Origin: Iphione sp. A-MEVVRFRX5
Taxonomy: Eukaryota
Assembly (NCBI GenBank): GCA_976226885.1
Contig: OZ320323.1
Span: 33,790,001 to 33,854,000, forward strand
DNA length: 64,000 bases
Direction of reading: 5' to 3'
The position numbers and the translations under genes are program-made. Shown in pieces: positions 12,031-23,176 of the stretch (positions are counted from its first letter, which is position 1; each line of letters opens with the position of its first letter). The notes beneath the pieces were generated by a model, which worked only from the letters and a program-made list of their open reading frames with translations, did not search any database and was not told the origin of the DNA.

Positions 12031-14489
12031 TCTTTATTACCGTGTATCGTTCTAAATATCGTATCAGTTGCGTAGGTCTTTGGGTTGAAGGGGAGGGACG
12101 AAGAGCTAGCGCAGGAGTGTTCACAAACGAGGACCCCGGTCACGACCACCTGCCCCTCCCCAGATATATACACGACGGCCGCCATATCGTGTCGTTACTG
12201 CTCCTTCAACACTCGGCTCAGAACCTCTTCAAGCCATCCAGGCAGCAGTCACGACCTGCCCACTGCTGCCAGGGTCGACTGTTTAGTGGCTGCACAGGTA
12301 TACTGGCAACGGAGATCGAACCTGGAAGGAAAGGCACGGTACAGACATGGAAGTGCAGGGTTTGAAGGGTGACAGCGACAAGTGTGTTGGCCTGCGCGTG
12401 TGTTTATGTGTGTGAGGGAGGATGGGTCGCCGTGGATCGCGCAGTGGCCGCGGGCAGGATGCGGCAGTGGCGGCAGTGGCTTGCTGCAAGCTCTTCAGCA
12501 GCAGCTGCAGCTGTAGCAGCCGCTACAGGCATTAACATTATCAGCATTGCAGCGACTGCTTAAAGTAAACACACCACGTTAGCAGCACTGCATGCCTTAA
12601 TATAGGTGCAGTGCACATTATTACTGACAGCTATTGCTCTACTCGCATCTGTATCATCCTAACAGCAGTGGTTATGACTAGTAATCTTTATAATGGCGTC
12701 AATGTCAGCAGTGGCAGCAGCTGCAGCAGCAGCATCTGTGGTGTCAACTGAGGCGGTATGTATGTTATTAGTAGTGGTTGTAGTAGTAATCGCCAAAGTG
12801 ACAGCAGTAGATGTAGTCTGTTAGCAATACGTTAGTAGTATAGGTAGTAGCTAACTAAATGCATTGTAATGTAAGGGACAGAGACCTGTGCATGTAGGAT
12901 CGCGTTTATGAGGTCAGAGGTGGCATCAATGGTGGCAGCCAAAGCTGCAGGAATGTAGGCAGCCACCACTAGTGGTGGTGGTGGAGGCAGTCACGGCCAC
13001 CGCCTCCTGCAGGTGTCATGGCCGCCATCAGAGCGGTGGCATTCAGAGGAAGACAGCAGGGAAGAGAGGCTGCAGCGTAGGCTTCAATCTTTTGCGACGA
13101 AAGCCTCGACTATGATCATGTGTGTAGTGTACGAACATTCATCCCTCTGATATTTCATCTACCTATAGATACATTTTACCTTGGATCCCAAGGGTGGCCT
13201 ACTCTGTTAGTCGCTTTGTTAATACTAATTTACAGACTACCAATTATTCTCATCGTTATGTCGGTCTTTAATTATGGTTCACACTGCCTCGTTAATGTGA
13301 GGATAATTCAGATTATAGACTGAATGTGGAAATGCCGGGTGCTTCGTTTAGATGTACGGTCCATATGTTAGAACCATACATCATCCAGTACAGCAGCAAG
13401 CTGGTGGTACCAGCAGGGCATAGGTAACCGTCAGAAACACACCGGTGCTACAACTGCAGGACATGGAGAGGCCATGCTGAAACCAGGAGGTTAAGCTCCA
13501 GTAGCACTGTTAGCAGCGAGAAGAAAATTGGTTATTTGAGGGCGCTAATGGATTAATGCAAATGTGGTGTCCTAATGACCCTAGTAAAAGGGGAAAAGTG
13601 GGTAGGAAATACAGAAATCAGAAGCAAAATACATGTAGTGCCCATCAATACTAGCCAAACAGTACTGGGAAAGAGAAAGACGGGCATCACATTTGGTAAC
13701 GTTACTTAAGGGAACATTTGAGGTCTGGGAAATAAGCCTCATGGCATCAGTGATACAATGTTTAAGCAATATACTTAGAGAGACATTAACTGATAGGAAA
13801 ACGAAAGTAGCCTTAGAATGCCAGCATCAGTAGAAGGATGACGCAGCAGTTGTGATCCCGACTACGTGAGAGGATCAGAATGTTGTCTGATGCTCTTTCC
13901 TTAGAGGCGAGCAGTGAGACATCGATTTACAGTCAGTAGGGAAGTGGTGACACGTGCAACAGATTGGTGAGCGGAGAGTGAGGAATGAGTCAGCAGGAAG
14001 CCAAGGCGGAGGAGGAGGAGGAGGAGGAGGAGGAGGAGAGCAACTGATGACAGCTGCATCAGTAAGGGATCCAGACATTGCTAGATGAAGCAGGTAGAGA
14101 ATCCCAACAGTGGTGGAGGATAACTTGGTGGAAGTGAGGTATTGAAGATTGTTCAGACATAAAACAGACAACTGCCCCCCCCCCCCCGATTGGAAGTGGG
14201 AAGGGCTTCGGATACTAAGCTTCAAGAAAAGTTGAAGTGTGGTTGAGGACTACGGATAATTAGGCAAGTTATTGAGGTGTCGTCTACAAATTATGAATAT
14301 TACGTATCTGAAATGGTGCTTTGGGGGTATTGAAGAGTACCAGCTTAAATCATTGATCTATGTGTAAATATGACATGTTTATACATATATTTCCATCTCA
14401 TTACATGTACTTTGGTCACGAGAAAAGAAAACTAGACCATCCTGAATATAAATACTTTATGTATATAATTTCAGGTGAAATAAAATTTA

Positions 14490-15400
14490 AAAAAAAACTA
14501 TTGAGGACTGACTCAGAAATGGGCAGTTTTCAAAGAAACTCTTATCAACAGGATCCCATGTAGAAGGAGAGGATGCCACTGCCAGTCCAAACGAATTTTT
14601 GACATATTCCGTTTCTCCATTTTTGTCTTGCATGACAACCGCTGTAAGATTTTGAGTAGGAGCAGTGGTAAAGCCGTTATCACATGTTACAATGTACTGC
14701 CCCGTGTGACGAGGTGTCCAACAATGACATGCGTTTGCAAAAGGCTTGCTGTTGTTTCCCATCAGAGACTCGGTCACCACATTCGCTCAGTCTTTGCCAA
14801 CCAGGTCCCAGGGTCCAGTGGTTTTCCCATACTCTGCACCACAGCCCTTGTGTGTATGTTGTTTGTAGTGGAAGCGCATGCAGTAATTAGTATAACTCTG
14901 CTGCTGTGTTAGCTACAGTAGTACACACTGTACATCGTGTACTTTAGTACTGTTATTTATAGTCTCACATACTGTGGTCGTATAAGCTGCCGTACCATAC
15001 TCTGCGCTGGTATTAAGGCCTGGAGCATGTCGCGGTAGGTGGCGCTGAGGGCGTGCGTGTGTAAGCTGCAGCCCCTGGCCCGCACGCCATGGCTGCCCCC
15101 ATATTTGCACGTTAGATTCATCAGTGATTATTGATCTGGACCACTCGATGTGAGTGAACCACACACGGTCGGGGCGTGGATGCTTCTAGGAGGTATGTGC
15201 GCGGGGCCGTGTGCAGGCCTGAGGGTTCGTGTATACATGAAGTGCATACGTGTATGCATGCGCACGTACATGTATGTATACGTATTATTAACATGTTCGC
15301 ATACACTTGTCTCTGTGCGGGCACGTCCCACTTCTTTGGTCAAATGACCCGCTGCTTAACGCTCCTTCAGGTGTTCACATGCGAGAGGGCGGGGGTAACC
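14490..15400 (-). mobile_element. Possible highly decayed Tc1-like transposase remnant
   Basis: In shifting frames: RPLACEHLKER*AAGH, HIEWSRSIITDESNVQIWG (like W..vi.sDEskf.l.G) and SATYRDMLQALIP (like Y..iL...l.P). No TIRs found. Confidence 0.3.
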
Positions 15401-17381
15401 ATTTTCGATTTCTGCAAATGGCAATTTAAATTTGCGTCGAATCGCTATAAAAAATGTTTTCATGGTATATTTAGCCAGCGACTAGATATTCTGCTATCTT
15501 TATAACTGTTCTTCCACATCCTCCTGGAATAGCATACTACTAGCTATAATTGAAAATTGGAAGACCAGAATACCCGGGGTCTATTTCGAACAGGTTTCTG
15601 GTTGCGCAATATTATTCTTTGGCCCCGTAATTCTCGGTCATTTGGGACGCCCCTGACTTTTCACCTGGCGTTCGCTACCTGTAGTGTTCGTCGTCGAAGG
15701 GTTTAAATCTCGGTTTTTTTCCGCCAGTTCAGTATTCCTCCCACATGTAATACACCACTTTAGCACGCATGTACATGTACCTATGTCCATGTGACGCCGA
15801 CCTGCGGGCTTGTTGGCGCTGGCTTTAAGAGAGCTCCTTCGTGAGATCCACGATCCGCTCTCCACCGAAGACAGGGAAGCTTCGGTACCGCCTCTTGTTT
15901 TACCCGAGGGGAGATGCGGACAGACAGCGTGCGCAAAGCGGCTTTAAATCGAGATTACGCTACGACATCACGACACGCGCATGTTGCCTTTGTGACGTCA
16001 TCAGATGCTCACTTGCGAAAGTCCGCGCTGTATGCAGCTGGTAGTGACATGTAGTGGTGGGGGTGGGGGTTGGTCTGCAGAGATGGAGAGGGACAAGGGT
16101 GGGATGGGTTGTGTTAGCCGCATTGGGAGTTGGGGGGGGGGCAGGGTAGGGGTTATTGGGGTTACAGTAGGACGGATCACAAGTTTCGTCCGTATGGTCC
16201 AGCTGGCTGGCCACTTTGTTGCAAGCTTGTTACATCTGTGCGCTGGATATTGTTTGTGGGTCTGCTTGCCTGTGAGCATGCACACACGTCCGCGCGTGTT
16301 CCTGCTGACTGATTTGACCTAGCGCATATATTTTCACTCATATGTGTAGACACACGAAATCAACAATTATGTATTTCCAAGTCATGCGTGTGAGGTGATC
16401 GAATGATAGTGTTGGGATATATTTCTCCTTTGCATCATGATCTGGACAAATTATTGCTTATCCATCTCATGTTAGTGGGTCTAGAGTGGGGAATGCGCTC
16501 TCTTTACCCTTTGTTTCCATCTAGAAAAAATATGGACTTCAGATTTAGTACACGTTCTACCTGATAAACACTAAAACCGGACATGTTTTAGACTTACTGT
16601 CGAATTACAGTTACCAAAACAGCCACATGCAACAGGCTAATAAGATAAAGCCGGCTGTTTCTCTTATCTATTATCTAAAACATTGAATTTTTTAACTAGA
16701 TCCGTTCTTTACATCTGTATTAGGTAAAACGGTTCCTATAACTTTTTAGTGTTCTAATTTGTGTCGAAGCGTAAGTATGGCATGAACATTTGCGGTATGC
16801 TATACTAAAGGGGGGAAAAAACGTCTTGTCCATTTACAGCAGAGTGCCTGTAGTTTTGCAGCATTGTACGAACACGAAGAATGTTTTTTTTAGAAAGTTA
16901 GATGAATGATCTCAGCTGAGTAGAGTTGGGTAAAACTGAGACCTCAATATGGCTGAATGACAGCCATGGAGATACACATGTCCCATTTGCTCGTACTTTA
17001 TCCACCACATACATGTACATTGTTGTGTGTATACTAGTCACATTTGTTGCACTTTTGTACAAACACTAACAGGTGAATCAAACATATGTGAGCCCATTCT
17101 GTGGTACAGCGACACAAACACCCACGGCAGGGTAGAATTGGAGATAGATTCCTTAAGTGGTAGTTGTATGCAAATGTTTTCAGAGGATAGGCATGTTTTT
17201 ATGTCCATAGTTTGATAGACTTGTAGCACAAGGTCAGGAGGCAAAAATGCCCGCAGAAAAGACTTTAGTGTGGTAGAGTCATAAAATGTCTGCAGCATTG
17301 CATATAGTAATATACAGTTTCCTATAATGCATGTACAAAATAAATTTCTTTTATTGTAGGTAGTTAAATATATGTTTCTTC

Positions 17382-17436
17382 AGTGGAGATCAGACCAACT
17401 TTTAGTATCTCATTGAGAGGGTGTCTGATCTCCACT
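17382..17436. mobile_element. Ultra-short foldback (MITE-derivative) element
   Basis: Perfect 14-bp inverted arms agtggagatcagac / gtctgatctccact; related copies at 27799-27842 and 39487-39538. Confidence 0.65.
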
Positions 17437-17689
17437 ACATGCAGCAATAGAAAGGTGGTTTTTCAGTAGTGTCACCCTGTGATCTTCTGAATCGGTGGAA
17501 ATCCTGGCTAAAATTTCATCTGATAAGACTAAAGAGCTTCATCTGATAAGGCAAGGGGCTCTCTACGCATCTCGCATGGAGACCACAGTCAGCTTGTTAA
17601 TATGGTATAATAACACTAGTTGGTTGAGATATAGAAATACACCTTTCCTCAGAAAAGTTGGGTGGACCCTTACAAAATAATCTGGTTTG

Positions 17690-18290
17690 ATATCAGTGCC
17701 TCTTGTATAGTTGAGTTGGATTGAACCATACAATGTTCATGGGGCAGATCAGCACTCTTAGTATAGACAAACCCTTCAGTGCTGTTGGTTAAAATGTCAA
17801 TGCTCCTAGTACAGTTTCATTTGGTTGAACCCTGAACAGTTCTCAGGTTAAACAAATGCCACCGGTACTGCTGAATTGGCTTGAATCCTCACAGTTGAAT
17901 TGGATTAAACTTCCACTTTTGTAGGTTTATATGAATGTCCCCAGTTAAATTTTTGTGGGTTGTATTTATATATTTTTTAAAATTATCTTACTGTCCATAA
18001 TAGAGTTAAATGGGTTGAACCTCAACTTTTGCTGGTTTATATTAGTGCTCCTAGTATGGTTTAGTTGGGTTGAACCTGCAGTTTTTTCAGCTTATATCAA
18101 TGCCTATGGTAGAGTTGGATTTGGCTGAATTTCCACCGTTGTTGGTTTATATCAGTGCCTCTAGTTAAAGTATGTTTGCTTGTACTGACAGTTTTGTCAG
18201 CTCATATCAATGCCCATAGTGGAGTTGGATTCGTTGAGCCTGGACGTTCATTGGTTTATATCAGTGCCCCTAGTGTAGTTGTCTCTTGTA
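17690..18290. repeat. Degenerate ~55-bp tandem array with alternating A/B units
   Basis: atatca(g/a)tgc core at 18039, 18094, 18149, 18204 and 18258, with older units back to about 17690. Confidence 0.8.
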
Positions 18291-19312
18291 GGCTGTATGA
18301 TTATTGTGTCTGCTGTTTTAGTGCGGTGTAATAGGCTCCATATCAAGGAGGTCGGTGTCCCCAGGGAGATCCGACGGTCGGTCATAACTCCGGGTCAGGA
18401 ATACGGGCCTCGTCAGAATATCGACTCTTGGGCAGTGTGTTCTCTGTTGTAGTCTGTACTACAGCCGCAGAGCCAGGGTATTTTCTGAAAACCCCCGGGC
18501 CAGACGTTAATCTATGCGTAGATCAGTTTGTATCATTCGAATCTAGATGGGCAGTTGAGATAATACATTCCAGTCAAGTTGACTTCTTCTCCCCGCCCTG
18601 CTCTGAGTAAATGAAAGGGTTGTCAGGCTGAAGAGAATTGATGCGAGAACAGTACTTAATCGAGCAGATATGACTTGACAGATGATCATAAAATGGATCC
18701 TATCCAAGTGGCACTTGTAGGAGACAGACAGACAGACACAATGACACAGACAGAAAGAAAGAGGGTGGAGACAAGACAGGAAGAGGGGCACAGACGGGGT
18801 TAGAATAAGAAAGGGTGGGGGATGGGAGAAGGTTATGAGTGGCTAGAGGTCTGTCTGAGATCATATACTCGATTTCGGGAGGTGAAATTTACTTGTTGTG
18901 TACCACATTAGTGTAAGTCGTACAACGAGTACAGTGAGTACTGCCACCACCAAGGGAATTCCAGAGCAGTCGTGTGGCGTTTGTTTGCCCCATTTGTTTG
19001 CAGACCAAAACTTGGTGCGCGGTGAATTAGGCACCGGAATACAGTTTTTACGCTGCACCCGCACACATATCGCATGGCGCTTGCTGCAAAACAAGTTTGT
19101 GCTGGGTGAAAAGAATGACGTTTATGTAGGTTATGTAGATTGACTTTCACAGCCTGTAGCTGTGCATGGAGAAGGGCTGAGTATCGTTGTGATAGTTCTC
19201 TGAATAATAATAATATACTTGGTGATAATATACCTCAGGGAGACAGACAGACGAGTTCACACCCCCCCCCCCCCACACACACACACACAACGTATGTAAA
19301 CCAGCGCCCACT

Positions 19313-19525
19313 TCACCACGGGTTTCTGTCGCTATTAGCCAGTGGTGATGGTGGTTGTACGTGTATGGTGTAGGAGGTGGGACTGTTCATAGTAGGAAGC
19401 CTGTATTTTGCTGGACGGAAGGTGGAGGTGACCGTCTGCCTGACGGAGTATCCAATTCGCCAGTTGGCAATGTACATATGGTGGCCATCGTCCTGTGCCC
19501 ATTGAACCGTGAAGTCTTCTGCATC
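19313..19525 (-). pseudogene. Fibronectin type III-like exon remnant
   Basis: After a C-rich tract and cag|: DAEDFTVQWAQDDGHHMYIANWRIGYSVRQTVTSTFRPAKYRLPTMNSPTSYTIHVQ, showing the FN3 pattern (FTVxW, xIxY, YRL, TxYTIxV). No intact neighbouring exons found. Confidence 0.4.
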
Positions 19526-21162
19526 CTGATTGCGTGGGGGGGGGGGGAGGGGGCGGTAGTTGGAGTACAGTTAATTATTTAATCATCATTTCCTAGTAGT
19601 GTTTTTTTTATCCCGGCTTTGATGAGTGCGCCTTCGTCCCTCCGTCTCTTGATTCGCATGCTACCCAAGCCAGAACAAACAGTTGTGACATGGGACATAT
19701 CATTAGGTTTAACATAAGGCCCGGTTTCCATGTACCTGGGTAGCGTGTGTGGGTGTTAAGCATTGTGAATGGTTCATCTGTGCTCATGGGTATCCATGTA
19801 GCATGTTCATCCTGTTACACCTCAGCAGATCAGCATAGTTCCCATCCTCAACATGCATACATGCGGCCCAGATCACAGTGGAATGTGACATATTCCAATA
19901 AAAAATATATGGTACACAGAGACACACTATACCTGTACACAGGTATACATGGATCCACTCCTCGTTATCCTATGTACACCAAAATCATGACAAAACATGC
20001 GTGGACATGCAACACAGAGACATATGGATCCATGGATACTAGGCCGAAGTTATATGATTAAGTATGACAACATAAATAAACCAATCATTGTATCTATATG
20101 TACTAACAGTACAGATCAAATCATCATATACTCTGATAAAATATGTGCAGTTATTAGTCTCTCACCTATTGCTGGGGAATCTATAGTGATGAAACTGGCC
20201 GGCTGTCTGACCCTGCCACCGTCCAATCATCCATCATTCATTGAGTAGACAATATCTTCAATTCAGTTTCTACCCAGCGGCGGTTTGGGGGGGACTTTCA
20301 TGTGTCAAATGCGTTTGCAAGAGTACTACATATGCTGTCTGAATACTTTGGAGAAATCTGTCTGGAGAAATCTGTCTGGAGTTATACTTCTTGGAGTTTC
20401 GTCGTCAGTGTATTATTACTGGTGGAAGGGGAACCTAGACTGTACCCGTCATTTCTTAAATACGGCAGTATAAATACTTAATAGCACGTGGACATGTGTA
20501 CTAAAATACCGTAGACAATCCATGCATCGCTGAGTGGTACGCAAACCAGTTACAAGTCGACATTCCTGACTTCAAGTCGCAGAAATTGCACACTTTGATT
20601 GGAGTAGGCCCTATTTTGACGTCACAAAAGTAGTTTTAAAAAAACTCCCGTGGTGTAGCGGTGGGACAGACAGGTTGGCGTTGGGTTCATTTCTATTTGT
20701 TCACTTGCTGTGATAGAGTGCTATCGACTGCTCATTACACGTACGTTTGTATGTACATGTGTATATCTATAGACTGACGTACATAGGAGACATGCCGTCG
20801 ACACAGACCGCGTCAACTCGGTAATGCCTCTAATTAGGCCCATTAGGATTAGCGAAGAGAGAGGCGCACGGCAGGTCGTGGCTCAGAGCACAGGTTGAGT
20901 GCGTGTTTACCTGTGTACATGTACATATACACTTAAATATATACATGTATATATATATATATATATCCCGCCATAGGTACTTTTACATGTCAACAGGTGG
21001 TACGATAATACCTCCCGTCTACTCTCCATATTTTGACACCCCCCCCCCACCTCCCATCTCAACGTCTGGCGAATCTGCCCCTCATACCAACTTTACCTAA
21101 TCACTGACCAACTGGCCCAACTAATAAACAGCACAGTCATAACTGTGGCCAGCTACAACCGT

Positions 21163-21330
21163 NNNNNNNNNNNNNNNNNNNNNNNNNNNNNNNNNNNNNN
21201 NNNNNNNNNNNNNNNNNNNNNNNNNNNNNNNNNNNNNNNNNNNNNNNNNNNNNNNNNNNNNNNNNNNNNNNNNNNNNNNNNNNNNNNNNNNNNNNNNNNN
21301 NNNNNNNNNNNNNNNNNNNNNNNNNNNNNN
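21163..21330. other. Assembly gap (168 N)
   Basis: Run of N. Confidence 1.
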
Positions 21331-22577
21331 TTCATAACCCCCAGTTTTGCTTGACTGCACATACACAGGCGTAGGAATACACATCTCACTAAATATCGTG
21401 ATAAATCGGAACTATTTTTTATCAACCATCAATAGATACACGTACATGTATAGTGTAACAAGCTACACTTTAAATATGTCGCCTAACATGGCATCCACCC
21501 GCCCACAACCTTTGCTACCTGAACCTTGGTAGACAGCCATCAACTTAAGTGCTATATATGGTTTTGGTAAAGCAACGAATGGTGTGCTTTCCCTGAAGTA
21601 TAATCAGGGTTATTGTTATGTTCCCGTCAGGCTTTTTTTTTTTAAATATAATGTATTTCATTGTCATTGTGTTTTTTTGTTAACGACAGTAATTACACTT
21701 TTTGTAACGTAGTATTTATTCATCACAGTGTCATAAATGCCTGAAAAACCATTGGTGTTCTTGGTACCTCTATGATATAAATCTTTTTGGAACTACATGT
21801 GCCCAAGGAGACTGTTATCGACAAACGGACGAAGATGTGTCCTTGTGGACTAACTGTATATATTGCATGACTTTGCTGAGCCGTACCATATCTATGACGG
21901 GATCCGTTTACCTGAAGGACCAGGGCCCGAAGTAATGTGATCTCGAATGGCAGACCCAAGGGCAGCCACTTGAAAAAGAGGTGTCACCTTCCCATTGCGT
22001 ACACCTGACTCTTCGGAACTCGGGTGCGCGCACAGAAAGAGTTATAGCAACTAAATCGTACATATATTTTACGGCATATTTTTAGTCATGAAGTGTATAC
22101 ATGCATTCCGTGAAAGTATTTTGTTGTAAAAAAACTTCGGTGTTAGAGTTAAAATAGATGGTCTATTGGAATCAAGCTGACCCAACGCTGCATGTAACAA
22201 GTGGTATTAAATGGGAATTTTCAACTTCGTTATAAAGGATCTACGTTGCCAAAGAGACAAATATATTTATCATATAGAAATATACATTTTTTCCTCTACA
22301 ACAGCTAATCTCTTCTATTTGTCATCTCCTTTGCAGCAGCAGCAGTACCAGCATTACAAGCAGCATGCAGCAACAGCCATGATTCGTGTGACTCTGTCCG
22401 CCAGCCCTTTGTTAACCCCCAGCTAGCCTCCGCAGCGAGCCTCCACAGCTAGCCTCCACCAGAAGTAGTCTCCACCAGCAGTGCTCAGCCTCCACCAACA
22501 GTGCTTAGCCACCATCATGCACGTGCTCTCCTCCTCAACGTAGCCAACAGTCACGTGGTCAGTGGTCACGTGGCAGC

Positions 22578-23176
22578 ATGACGTATGAAGAGAACCGGAA
22601 GTTCTTCTGCCCACGTCTGCTCGACTATGTCGTCATCGTCGGCTCGCGCCACCCGAACCGGAACAACTCGGCTGCGCAGACTCCGGAGCTGCTACGTCGG
22701 TACCCGCTCGAGGACCACAAGGATTTCCCCCTGCCGCCCGATGTGGTGTTCTTCTGCCAGCCCGAGGGCTGCCTCAGCGCTGGCCCTCGTCGCCCCAGCC
22801 TGCGCGAGTCGATGTCGTTCGTGTTCACCCTCACTGAAAAGGACACGGGCCGCACGCGCTACGGCGTCTGCGTCAACTTCTACCGACAGGGGGGCGCCGA
22901 CAAGGGGCGCCACGACGCCGGCCGCCCGCCCGGCCACCAGATGTCGCTAGAGTGCCCGACGGACGACGACCGCGCACGCTCACCGCGCACGCGCAGGCGG
23001 CAAAAGGCGGGGGGTCGCGCGGTGCGCAGCAACACGCTGACCTCCCTGTGTATCATCAGCCATCATCCGTTCTTCTCCACCTTCCGCGAGTGTCTCTTCG
23101 TGCTGCGCAAGATCATCGACGCCAGCAACGAGCGCTCGTCGAGCAGACGCATTGGGGGGTCGAGATCCATGCTCAG
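22578..23176 (+). CDS. MADD: MADD coding exon 1 (uDENN)
   Basis: MTYEENRKFFCPRLLDYVVIVG...HPFFSTFRECL...; in-frame upstream stop at 22506; ag|gtaaga donor, phase 2. Confidence 0.96.

Noticed and set aside
12370-14230. GC/CAG-rich low-complexity region with poly-Pro frame and a Cys/His cluster (ICCTCHHFPTDC); considered as gag knuckle or DIRS recombinase
   Set aside because: Motif spacing does not fit CCHC and there are many stops. It is probably a TE remnant, but I cannot assign it.
20180-20460. LRR-like fragments (SNNTLTT, LGRN*IEDI) on the minus strand upstream of the FN3-like exon
   Set aside because: Too short and stop-ridden to distinguish from chance.
21121-21425. ORFs spanning the first N run (likewise 26528-26987)
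   Set aside because: Artefacts of translating assembly gaps as X.
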